From an uncultured Synergistales bacterium (GTDB lineage: Bacteria > Synergistota > Synergistia > Synergistales > Aminobacteriaceae), in contig CAJODC010000002.1 of NCBI GenBank assembly GCA_905233215.1, forward strand, positions 11,013-75,012: a DNA stretch of 64,000 nt, read 5' to 3'. The notes beneath the pieces were generated by a model. It did not search any database, had not been told where the DNA came from, and saw only the letters and a list, made by a program, of their open reading frames with translations. Both the position numbers and the translations under genes were made by a program. This document shows positions 8,280-15,954 of this stretch, one piece after another (within the stretch, counting starts at the first letter, position 1; each line of letters begins with the position of its first letter).

Positions 8280-9548
8280 ATGAAGAAAATATTACTTGTC
8301 CTGTTAATGATATTCTTCTGTGTTCCAGCAGACGCAAAATCAACCGTAACACTCGCTGAATTAACAGGTACAGTCGGCGTTCAAATGGAAGAGTTCGTAC
8401 GTGATACAGTCCGTCAGTCCGAACTCAACGGCGACTCACTGCTCATCTTCCAGCTCGACACTCCCGGAGGACTCGTTGAGGCCATGCGCGGAATCGTTCA
8501 GTCAATACTCGCCTCACGTGTTCCCGTTGCTGTCTGGATACCCTCAGGCGGACGAGCAGCAAGCGCAGGAGCGTTCATCGTACAGTCAGCACACATAGCG
8601 GCCATGTCTCCCGGCACTAACATCGGAGCAGCTCACCCTGTTACAGGCGGAGGCGACAACATTCCCGACGGCGACATGAACACTAAAGTCATGAACGATC
8701 TCAAGGCTCAAATGAGAAGCGTTGTTCAGCTCAGAGGCCGTAACGTTGACACAGCCGAAGCTATGATTACCGAAAGCATCTCGCTAACAGCCACTGAAGC
8801 TCTCAGGGAAAAAGTCATCGACATAATCGCTCCTGACGTAAACGCTCTCATAAAGGCAGCGTCAGGACGGCGTGTAAAACTCGGTCAGCAGTCGGCAAAA
8901 ATCTCATTCGATGATGAAGTTGCCGTCAACCGTGTGAACATGTCGTTCAGCGAGCAGTTGATACAATTCGTGTCAAGCCCTGAGATTGCCTACCTGCTGC
9001 TCTCCGGCGGAATGATGGCGATTTTCTTCGAGGTCATTACACCGGGAGGCTTCATCTTGGGTACAACTGGCGGTGTAATGTTATTGCTCGGCGCAATCGG
9101 TCTCAAAATGCTGCCGTTCAACTGGGCCGGTATTGTTCTGATTGTCGCTGGAGTAGTGTTGATGGCGGTTGACTTAATCGCTGGGACTTCGGGATTGTTG
9201 ACGCTCTTGGGACTTCCTGTGATGTGCTTGGGCGGAGTGTTTTTGTTCAGGGCTCCGGGCGGTGAGCTTCTTCAAATATCGCTGTCATTCATCGCCGGAA
9301 CTGCCATAGCTTTGGGAATATGTTTCGGTGTAGTGGCGTACTTTGTGATTAAGGGACTAAGGCGCAGGATTTCAACAGGCAAACAGGGAATGATAGGTTT
9401 GACAGTTGAAGTTATTGCTGACGGTCAGGTGAAATGTCACGGAGAGATATGGCGTGCTAAGTCTGACGAGGTTATGACGGTCGGCGAAACTGGAATTGTT
9501 ACGGCTGTTGACGGAATGACATTGACGGTGAGACGCAGTGCCGGTTGA
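8280..9548 (+). CDS. NfeD-family membrane-bound ClpP-class serine protease (long NfeD form)
   Basis: 422 aa with a signal/TM segment and a ClpP-like domain (DTPGGLVEAMRGIV.., GGRAASAGAFIVQSAHIAAMSPGTNIGAAHPV). Several TM helices follow, then a C-terminal NfeD OB-fold (KCHGEIWRAKSDE..G..V.V). Starts 4 nt after the Rpn-like gene. Confidence 0.8.
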   Translation: MKKILLVLLMIFFCVPADAKSTVTLAELTGTVGVQMEEFVRDTVRQSELNGDSLLIFQLDTPGGLVEAMRGIVQSILASRVPVAVWIPSGGRAASAGAFIVQSAHIAAMSPGTNIGAAHPVTGGGDNIPDGDMNTKVMNDLKAQMRSVVQLRGRNVDTAEAMITESISLTATEALREKVIDIIAPDVNALIKAASGRRVKLGQQSAKISFDDEVAVNRVNMSFSEQLIQFVSSPEIAYLLLSGGMMAIFFEVITPGGFILGTTGGVMLLLGAIGLKMLPFNWAGIVLIVAGVVLMAVDLIAGTSGLLTLLGLPVMCLGGVFLFRAPGGELLQISLSFIAGTAIALGICFGVVAYFVIKGLRRRISTGKQGMIGLTVEVIADGQVKCHGEIWRAKSDEVMTVGETGIVTAVDGMTLTVRRSAG

Positions 9549-9581
9549 TTCTGACACTGCGAATCACCTCAACGCAAAATT

Positions 9582-10343
9582 TTATGCTTCTTTCAGTTCC
9601 ATCAGCATGGTGTAGAACTCATGAGGGAAACCCTTGTACCTAAACTTCAAAACCTCCATTGAGATAAAGCCGTTTCTCAGCTCATCATAGCTAATGAAAT
9701 CAGTTTCATCAGAGAACAGCCCTTTATAAGTGCGTACGCCGTCATCGCAGAAATAAACGCCGAACCATGTCAAGCCGGCATATATCCAGCTCGTATAGAC
9801 CTTATGGCCGTCTCTGGTTTCATTATCTCTGTGGGTGAAACCATATTCTTCGGTTATCAGCCTGATCTCCCAATCTGTTAAATCTCGTTTGCCTTCAATC
9901 AGTCCATTCTCATTTCTCCTGTACTTGTTATTTGAGATTTTTTTGACTGATCTTCTTGCGGGCGTGCCTTTGCGCTTGCGTATGACAATTTTCTTGACGA
10001 GGCAGAGAACAAAAATGAGAGGAACTCCAACACAGAGCCAGCCCAAAATCTTGACCGGCGTATTGTTGATCCAGCCTAAAGATGATGTGATGAGTTCCGT
10101 TATTCCGCTGGAAATAGACTCTCTAGGTACTTCAGCCGCATATGCTAAACTTAGCACCCCCCGTGTTATACAGAAAAAAGAAGTTATAACAAGAATGGAG
10201 ACAACTATTTTAACATAATCGCGCAAGAAGTCTCCCGCCTCTTTAGGCGGTGAGATGAATTGCGCTAAATTATTATATTTTTTGTGATAAAATCTCAAAT
10301 ATTGAGATATAGTGCAGACTACAAGAGCCTCAAAATTCTGCAT
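9582..10343 (-). CDS. Hypothetical two-TM membrane protein with a basic linker and a C-terminal soluble domain of unknown function
   Basis: 253-aa ORF, lower GC than its neighbours by eye (about 43% in the first 60 nt). TM segments are IVVSILVITSFFCI and ILGWLCVGVPLIFVLCLV, followed by KKIVIRKRKGTPARRSVKK. I recognise no family motif. The RBS is weak, so the start is uncertain. Confidence 0.45.
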   Translation of the reverse strand: MQNFEALVVCTISQYLRFYHKKYNNLAQFISPPKEAGDFLRDYVKIVVSILVITSFFCITRGVLSLAYAAEVPRESISSGITELITSSLGWINNTPVKILGWLCVGVPLIFVLCLVKKIVIRKRKGTPARRSVKKISNNKYRRNENGLIEGKRDLTDWEIRLITEEYGFTHRDNETRDGHKVYTSWIYAGLTWFGVYFCDDGVRTYKGLFSDETDFISYDELRNGFISMEVLKFRYKGFPHEFYTMLMELKEA

Positions 10344-10509
10344 AATCTAATCTACCGTAGGTGCTACGGGAAGTTACGCCTTTGGAGAGGGTGTAAGACG
10401 TATCAGCTCTTGAGGTTGAGCGCAGTCCTCGTTGAATTAGGAAGCCGAGTTCACCCGATAACTTCATTTCCGACACCTGCACTTGTTTCAGAATTATTTT
10501 TATTATAAC

Positions 10510-10552
10510 AAAAAAACCGTCCCCCGACTCTTGAGGGACGGCAAAATTTTTT
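10510..10552. terminator. Bidirectional rho-independent terminator (ends the hdeD-like operon on the minus strand)
   Basis: A7 (10510-10516), stem CCGTCCC (10517-10523) / GGGACGG (10535-10541), then AAAATTTTTT. This gives a hairpin plus U-run on both strands, 4 nt after the stop of the 10556-11059 gene. Confidence 0.75.
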
Positions 10553-10555
10553 GAC

Positions 10556-11059
10556 CTAACGTGAAATCACAAAGCCCTCAATCACTGCCAGCACTCCCGA
10601 AGCGATTAACACTCCCGAAAGAATCATCATCACTGAGAAAGTACTGCTCAAAGGCGCAGCGCACATCAACACCGCAAACGCAATCATCGCAATTCCGCTC
10701 ACGAGAATCAGCCACCAGCCCGGTACGTCAGCACCGCCAAGCCAAAACGCAGCGCATGTTCTCGACATTCCGGCACTGAAAAACCAAAGCCCTATCACAA
10801 ACGGAAGAAGGAACGCTGAAATTCCCGGCTGTATCACAAGGATTAACCCTGCGATAACGTCAATCACTCCCATGACGATGAAGCGTCTCAATCCGAGCCA
10901 GTGCCAGCCCGAAATCTGATTCACTCCCGACACTATCAGGCCGACTCCCAGAATCATTCCTGCTGACAATATCGCCTCAATAGGGTATCTCATCATCAAA
11001 AATCCGAGTACAATCAAAATTCCGCCCGTTACCCACAAATTCATTCGCAAACTTTTCAT
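10556..11059 (-). CDS. HdeD/DUF308-family membrane protein
   Basis: 167 aa with six hydrophobic helices in the DUF308 pattern (GILIVLGFLMM.., GVIDVIAGLILV.., ILSGVLIASGVLAVIEG). Confidence 0.7.
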   Translation of the reverse strand: MKSLRMNLWVTGGILIVLGFLMMRYPIEAILSAGMILGVGLIVSGVNQISGWHWLGLRRFIVMGVIDVIAGLILVIQPGISAFLLPFVIGLWFFSAGMSRTCAAFWLGGADVPGWWLILVSGIAMIAFAVLMCAAPLSSTFSVMMILSGVLIASGVLAVIEGFVISR

Positions 11060-11667
11060 TCTTTGTTCTCCTCCAATAACTTCTCTAAATCTCTCTGTGT
11101 CTGACTCAATGTCCCAAAATGTATCGCTTTGTAACCGAACTCCCTCGCTGCCGTAACGTTCCTTTCAAGGTCGTCAATGAATACGCACTCGGAAGGATTG
11201 AGATTGTATTTCTCAGCAAGTGCAGCGTAAATTTCACGGTCAGGCTTGATGAGTTTCACATCACACGAGAATATTCCGCCGTCAAGCAAAGGCACAAAGT
11301 CCAATACTTCAGGGTTCTTGCTCATGACGTAGCGTGAGTAGTTCGACAGGTAAAGCACCCTGTAGCCCCTCGCCTTGAGACCGTTGATCCATGAGGGAGT
11401 CGAGTCTCGTTTCTTGAGAGTGTCGCCGACGTTGGCGAAAACTTTTCGGAGTTCCTGTTCACGATGAGGAGCATGAGCGATGATTGAGGCGAAAACTTTT
11501 TCGGGATCGTCTCCAGCATCGAGTCTGTCCCATCGTCTTTCGCCCCATACGGCAGCGTCAAGTTCGGTGATTAACTCATCACGTCCGGGAAACATTCTCC
11601 TCATGAAGCCCTCCCAGTCAAAATCAATGAGTACTCCGCCGATGTCGAATATCACAGTGTTAATCAT
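11056..11667 (-). CDS. HAD-IA family phosphatase (YihX-like DxGxV motif I type)
   Basis: 203 aa. Motif I FDIGGVLIDFD, motif II LSN, motif IV FIDDLERN. Overlaps both neighbours by 4 nt. Confidence 0.8.
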   Translation of the reverse strand: MINTVIFDIGGVLIDFDWEGFMRRMFPGRDELITELDAAVWGERRWDRLDAGDDPEKVFASIIAHAPHREQELRKVFANVGDTLKKRDSTPSWINGLKARGYRVLYLSNYSRYVMSKNPEVLDFVPLLDGGIFSCDVKLIKPDREIYAALAEKYNLNPSECVFIDDLERNVTAAREFGYKAIHFGTLSQTQRDLEKLLEENKE

Positions 11668-12224
11668 TCGATCACGGCTCCCATTGCTGACAGTTCATCA
11701 AGAGTCTTGTGATGATTTTCTTCGTTGACCCAGCCGAGCATGTCGGATTTTACCGTAACTTTTCGGCCTGACTTGATGAGAGCGATGACGCTTTCTTTCA
11801 CGCAGAACTCAGTAGCGATTCCTGTAACGATTACTTCATGGCCGAGTACATCACATAATCTTCTGCCTGATTTGTTCTTTGCCTCGAATGCTGAATACTC
11901 TTCGACCGAGTCATTCTCGCCCTTGTAGTAAATCGTTGAGTCGTTCGGACGCTGTGAAGTGTTCTTGATGTCCCTGCTGAAAGACTCGTGAAGTTCCGCA
12001 CCGTGTGTCCCTGACTGACAGTGAACCGGCCATGTTCCGCCGTTCTGGGTGTAACTGCAATGATTGAGGCTGTGATTGTCAGCTGAGTAGTAAATCTTTG
12101 CGTCAGGGTTGGCATTGATGAAGGCGATGATGTTTTTCACGGCCTCCTGTGAATGTCCGCAGGCCAAAGTTCCGTCAATGAAATCGTACTGGCAGTCAAC
12201 AACTAAAATTTCCATGAATGACAC
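11664..12224 (-). CDS. pncA: Isochorismatase-family cysteine hydrolase, nicotinamidase/pyrazinamidase-like
   Basis: 186 aa. VVDCQYDFIDG (catalytic Asp), SADNHSLNH (D-x-H-x3-H metal site as in PncA), VTGIATEFCV (nucleophile Cys). Confidence 0.6.
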   Translation of the reverse strand: MSFMEILVVDCQYDFIDGTLACGHSQEAVKNIIAFINANPDAKIYYSADNHSLNHCSYTQNGGTWPVHCQSGTHGAELHESFSRDIKNTSQRPNDSTIYYKGENDSVEEYSAFEAKNKSGRRLCDVLGHEVIVTGIATEFCVKESVIALIKSGRKVTVKSDMLGWVNEENHHKTLDELSAMGAVIE

Positions 12225-12230
12225 TCCTTT

Positions 12231-13259
12231 TCATAGTTCCTGAAATTTTCCCATACTGTTTATTATAGCGAGTGAGTCGTCAATTATCTGCATCATAATT
12301 GCGCAGCCTGTACCTTCGCCGAGTCTCATTCCAAGTTTCAGAGGCGGAGAAATTTTCATGAACTCGGCAGCTTTGGCATAGGCAGGTTCAGCAGACTCAT
12401 GAGACGCAATCATATATTCACGGGACAAAGGCTCAAGCAAATACGACATCAACGCGCCAGCAACGGCTATCACTCCGTCAATTACGACAGGGACATGATA
12501 GACAGCTCCGCCGAGAAACACTCCTGTCATCGCTGCAATGTCAAGACCTCCGACACATGAAAGAATGTTCACAGGGTCATTGAGGTTTTCACTGTGAAAA
12601 TTGAGAGCGTCAATGATGACTTTCTTTTTGCGAGCGAAAGCCTCATCATTGAGACCTGCTCCCTTTCCGACAAGAGAGTCATCACGGGACTTTAACGCTG
12701 ACATTATGCAGGCACAAGCAGGAGTCGTATTGCCCATTCCGACCTCGCCGACTCCGATTATGTCAACGCCTTCGGACTTCATGCCGTTCACTAAGTCGAT
12801 TCCGAAAGCGATAACATCTCTGACAGTTTCAATGGTCATAGCACGGCCATGAAGGAAATTTTCTGTACCGTTCGGCAAAAATTTTCTGGTGATGATATTT
12901 TCACGTGGAGAGAGATTTTTCACGCCTAAGTCGAAAACTCGAAGCTCCGCGCCTGCCTGACGAGCGAGAATGTTAATGCCAGCGTTTTTTTCACCGGCGT
13001 AAACTTCCATGAGCCTTCGTGTAAAATCCTGCGGTGCTGAAGAAACGCCTTCGTCATAAATTCCGTGATCTGATCCGAAGAGGCATATTACTTTTTTGCG
13101 GGTGTTATTGTGTACTTGTCCTGTTATTCCGGCTAACTGTATTGTAATTCTTTCGAGTTCACCGAGACTTCCTGAAGGTTTGACGAGTTGAGACTGAAAC
13201 TTTTCGGCCTCACTCATTGCGAGAGAGTTTAACGGAGTGATTGATGATATTCTATTCAT
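12231..13259 (-). CDS. cobT: Nicotinate-nucleotide--dimethylbenzimidazole phosphoribosyltransferase
   Basis: 342 aa. KPSGSLGELE, GVGEVGMGNTT, GLDIAAMTG, LGEGTGC are the hallmark CobT blocks. Confidence 0.9.
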   Translation of the reverse strand: MNRISSITPLNSLAMSEAEKFQSQLVKPSGSLGELERITIQLAGITGQVHNNTRKKVICLFGSDHGIYDEGVSSAPQDFTRRLMEVYAGEKNAGINILARQAGAELRVFDLGVKNLSPRENIITRKFLPNGTENFLHGRAMTIETVRDVIAFGIDLVNGMKSEGVDIIGVGEVGMGNTTPACACIMSALKSRDDSLVGKGAGLNDEAFARKKKVIIDALNFHSENLNDPVNILSCVGGLDIAAMTGVFLGGAVYHVPVVIDGVIAVAGALMSYLLEPLSREYMIASHESAEPAYAKAAEFMKISPPLKLGMRLGEGTGCAIMMQIIDDSLAIINSMGKFQEL

Positions 13260-13885
13260 ATTTGACGGAGGAATTTTGCTGCTAGTTCTGATGCTACTAT
13301 GAAAATATTTTCGCGTATGTTTTTGCTCATTGGTCTTGTGAATAATTCGATTATACCTTTTGCGTTAAGTGCTGAAACTTGTACGAGCAGGCGTATTTCG
13401 TCATCATTGAAGCCGTTGGTCTTGTGGAAGTCGACAATATCGGGAGCGAGTCCCCATAATTCGATCCACTGCCACATGAAACGCCAATCCGAAACGTGAT
13501 AAGGTACTGACTTGTTAGCGAGTAATTTCATGTTCCAGTAAAGTTTTGTGAGTAATTCATCATCAGGCTGTTCATGAGGCATATATTTTATGAGGAGATT
13601 TGACCAGTTCATAGCGGTCTTAATAGTTTCACGGCTTCGTCTTAAAGAGAGCATGTCATCTTTAACGTCAATATCTGTAACGAAATATTTTGAACTCTTC
13701 GCATTTTTTGTGAAACTATAAATTGCCCACACAAAAGGCTCAGAGTCGCCCTTAAAATTTTTTGACGATAGACTTGCTACGCCTTCACCCTCAAGAAAGA
13801 GCCTGACCCAGAGTCTGCTTTCGCCTGAATGTTCACGTGAGAGGGTTACGCCTTTAGCCTTGATGGAGTCTTCGCCGTTGAACAT
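13256..13885 (-). CDS. RecO-like protein (OB-fold N-terminus plus helical domain, no zinc finger); tentative
   Basis: Start moved to the internal ATG at 13885, which has AGAGG 8 nt upstream and lies 4 nt after the upstream stop. SGESRLWVRLFLEGEGVASLSSKNFKGDSEPF resembles the RecO OB-fold block, and RFMWQWIELWGLAPDI resembles RecO RFE..LL..GY.P. There are no Cys4 residues. Confidence 0.4.
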   Translation of the reverse strand: MFNGEDSIKAKGVTLSREHSGESRLWVRLFLEGEGVASLSSKNFKGDSEPFVWAIYSFTKNAKSSKYFVTDIDVKDDMLSLRRSRETIKTAMNWSNLLIKYMPHEQPDDELLTKLYWNMKLLANKSVPYHVSDWRFMWQWIELWGLAPDIVDFHKTNGFNDDEIRLLVQVSALNAKGIIELFTRPMSKNIRENIFIVASELAAKFLRQI

Positions 13886-13889
13886 GAAA

Positions 13890-14480
13890 TTACCTCTGGC
13901 CTTTCTTGAATGCTCCAGCGATGACGGATATTCCCTCAACTATTGCCGAAATTAGTGATTTTACTCCTGCTATGATGTGAGGCATTGCCATAAGTGCGAG
14001 AATGATTGAGAGTGTCCAGTAGTTCCAAGTGTAAAGATTGCTCACGTCATGTTTCAGACCTGTTATATCGTTCTGAATTACTATAACGTCAGTCCTCAAA
14101 TCCTTAATATCATTCCTGACTTCTGCAAACTCCTGCTTGACTTCGGCTTTGAAATCTGCGATGTCTTGTTTGACTTCAGTCTTGAACTCTGTGATGTCCT
14201 GCTTGACGTCGGCTTTGAAATCTGCGATGTCTTGCTTGACTTCGGCCTTGAAATTTGTTATCTCCTGCTTGACTTCAGTCTTGAAGCCTGTAATATCCTG
14301 CTTGTTTTCTGTCTTGAAGTCTTTGAACTCCTGCCTCATTTCCCGTCGGAACTCCGCATTTTCCTGCCTCATCTCCGACAACTGCCGCTCCGTCCTCTCG
14401 TAGAACGAAGCATTATCCCTCTTCATTTCCGATAACTGACTGAGTATAAGCGTCAGTATTTGATTGTCTCCGCTAGTCAT
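13890..14480 (-). CDS. Tail-anchored coiled-coil protein with six tandem 11-residue repeats (FK.EVKQDI..)
   Basis: 196 aa. The repeat run is DFKTENKQDIT GFKTEVKQEIT NFKAEVKQDIA DFKADVKQDIT EFKTEVKQDIA DFKAEVKQEFA. A single C-terminal TM follows (YWTLSIILALMAMPHIIAGV). It is the first gene of the minus-strand operon, divergent from rnf. Confidence 0.7.
   Translation of the reverse strand: MTSGDNQILTLILSQLSEMKRDNASFYERTERQLSEMRQENAEFRREMRQEFKDFKTENKQDITGFKTEVKQEITNFKAEVKQDIADFKADVKQDITEFKTEVKQDIADFKAEVKQEFAEVRNDIKDLRTDVIVIQNDITGLKHDVSNLYTWNYWTLSIILALMAMPHIIAGVKSLISAIVEGISVIAGAFKKGQR
14133..14330 (-). repeat. Six imperfect 33-bp tandem repeats (coding)
   Basis: Plus-strand units start at 14133, 14166, 14199, 14232, 14265 and 14298, e.g. 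CTGCTTGACTTCGGCTTTGAAATCTGCGATGTC / CTGCTTGACGTCGGCTTTGAAATCTGCGATGTC. A degenerate seventh unit lies at 14100-14132. Confidence 0.9.
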
Positions 14481-14552
14481 TCTCTCTCCACCTCTTTTTG
14501 ATAATTATATTACATCATTCTGCACTGACTGAAATTTTTGCGCTTGTTACGT

Positions 14553-14558
14553 TATAAT
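14553..14558 (+). promoter_or_regulatory. Candidate -10 box (TATAAT) for the rnf operon
   Basis: Perfect TATAAT about 42 nt upstream of the rnfC ATG. There is no convincing -35, so this is weak. Confidence 0.3.
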
Positions 14559-14599
14559 ACAGTCAATTCCAACCTATTGAGGGGAGTGTTTATATCACG

Positions 14600-15952
14600 A
14601 TGAACCTGCCTACATTCATTGGGGGAGTACATCCTCCAGAAGGCAAAGCTCTCACGGAAGGTAAAGCCGTAGAAACTCTAAGGCCCGAAGACGTGAGAGA
14701 GTTCGTTTATCCGCTTGGACTGCATATAGGCGCACCGTGTTCACCTATCGTGAAAAAGGGCGATGCTGTTCTCGCAGGCCAAAAAATCGCCGACACTGAC
14801 GCTTTCGTATCAGCTCCGAAATATTCGGCTGTCTCCGGCACAGTCAAGGCTATCGAGCCTCGCATGGCTTTCACGGGAGCTATGGAGCCAAGCATCATCA
14901 TTGAGAGCAACGGGAAATATACCCCTGCTCCTTCGCTTCATGACATTCTCGGTCATAAGCCGCAGCCGTCAGAATACGTCAAGATTATACGAGAGTCAGG
15001 TCTTGTCGGTCTTGGCGGAGCATGTTTCCCGACTCACGTCAAACTTTCACCGCCAAAAGGTAAAGTCATCAAGTGGGTTATCGTCAACGCTGCTGAGTGT
15101 GAACCGTACCTCACATGCGATGATAGACTCATGCTCGACAGCCCTGACGAAATCCTGAAGGGTCTCGAATTTGTCCTCGAAATTTTCCCTGAAGCCTGCG
15201 GTGTTGTCGGTATCGAGAGCAATAAGCCCGAAGCCATCGCTACAATGACAGCTCACAACAAAAACCCAAAGATTCAGATTATGCCCTTGAAAGTCAAATA
15301 TCCTCAGGGAGCGGAGAAAATGTTAATCTGGTCGGTAACTGGTCAGGAAGTCCCGTTAGTTCCCGCTCTTCCTGCTGATGTCGGCTGTATTGTCCTCAAC
15401 ACTCGAACAACGTGGCAAATCTATGAGGCAATCGCTGAAGGCCGTCCAGTAACAGAAAGAATCGTTACTGTAACAGGAGACGCTGTAGCCGATCCCAAAA
15501 ATCTCAGAGTCCCTCTCGGCCTCAGTGTACGTGAGCTGATTCACGCCTGTGGAGGCTTCAAGGAAGAACCGGTGAAGATTCTTTCCGGCGGTCCGATGAT
15601 GGGAATCGCTATGCGTTCGATTGATGTTCCTGTCGTGAAAGGCACTTCGGGAATTTTGGCACTCACAAAGAAACTCGCCTACATTGCCGAAGAAAGTGCC
15701 TGCATTCGCTGCGGTAAGTGTGTCGAGTCATGTCCCATGCACCTCAACCCGACTTACCTCGACCAAGTTGTCAGACGAAGAGATTACGGAGCGTTCGAGG
15801 CCTACAACGGCATGAACTGCATCGAGTGCGGAAGCTGTTCGTACATTTGCCCGGCATCAAGGCACCTCGCTCAGACATGCAAGCAGGGTAAAGCCGAAGT
15901 CAACGCGTTAAGACGCAAAGCAGCTCAGGAAAAACAGGAGGCGAAAAAGTAA
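14600..15952 (+). CDS. rnfC: Rnf electron transport complex subunit C
   Basis: 450 aa. NAD/FMN-binding region (GLVGLGGACFPTHVK, NAAECEPYLTCD) and two 4Fe-4S motifs (CIRCGKCVESCP, CIECGSCSYICP). First gene of an rnfCDGEAB string. Confidence 0.92.
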   Translation: MNLPTFIGGVHPPEGKALTEGKAVETLRPEDVREFVYPLGLHIGAPCSPIVKKGDAVLAGQKIADTDAFVSAPKYSAVSGTVKAIEPRMAFTGAMEPSIIIESNGKYTPAPSLHDILGHKPQPSEYVKIIRESGLVGLGGACFPTHVKLSPPKGKVIKWVIVNAAECEPYLTCDDRLMLDSPDEILKGLEFVLEIFPEACGVVGIESNKPEAIATMTAHNKNPKIQIMPLKVKYPQGAEKMLIWSVTGQEVPLVPALPADVGCIVLNTRTTWQIYEAIAEGRPVTERIVTVTGDAVADPKNLRVPLGLSVRELIHACGGFKEEPVKILSGGPMMGIAMRSIDVPVVKGTSGILALTKKLAYIAEESACIRCGKCVESCPMHLNPTYLDQVVRRRDYGAFEAYNGMNCIECGSCSYICPASRHLAQTCKQGKAEVNALRRKAAQEKQEAKK

Positions 15953-15954
15953 TC

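Noticed and set aside
10344-10509. Attempt to assign the 10.3-10.5 kb intergenic region to a known RNA class (tRNA, glycine/TPP/cobalamin/SAM/c-di-GMP/fluoride/preQ1 riboswitch, 6S, SRP)
   Set aside because: I found none of the signature sequences I know: no T-loop GTTCRANYC in a cloverleaf context, no B12 box, no ACCGAAGG-type glycine core. It is kept only as an unexplained-leader observation.
13886-13939. N-terminal extension of the RecO-like ORF (track start 13939)
   Set aside because: It would overlap the upstream coiled-coil gene by 50 nt. The internal ATG at 13885 sits 4 nt after the upstream stop and has an AGAGG RBS.
14049-14435. Regularly spaced repeats that at first glance suggest a CRISPR-like or other non-coding array, plus two plus-strand repeat-containing ORFs (14049-14435, 14137-14403)
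   Set aside because: The 33-bp units are contiguous with no spacers. They are in phase with a long minus-strand ORF that has an RBS-compatible start, a coiled-coil N-terminus and a TM anchor. The plus-strand ORFs are mirror-frame artefacts of the repeats.
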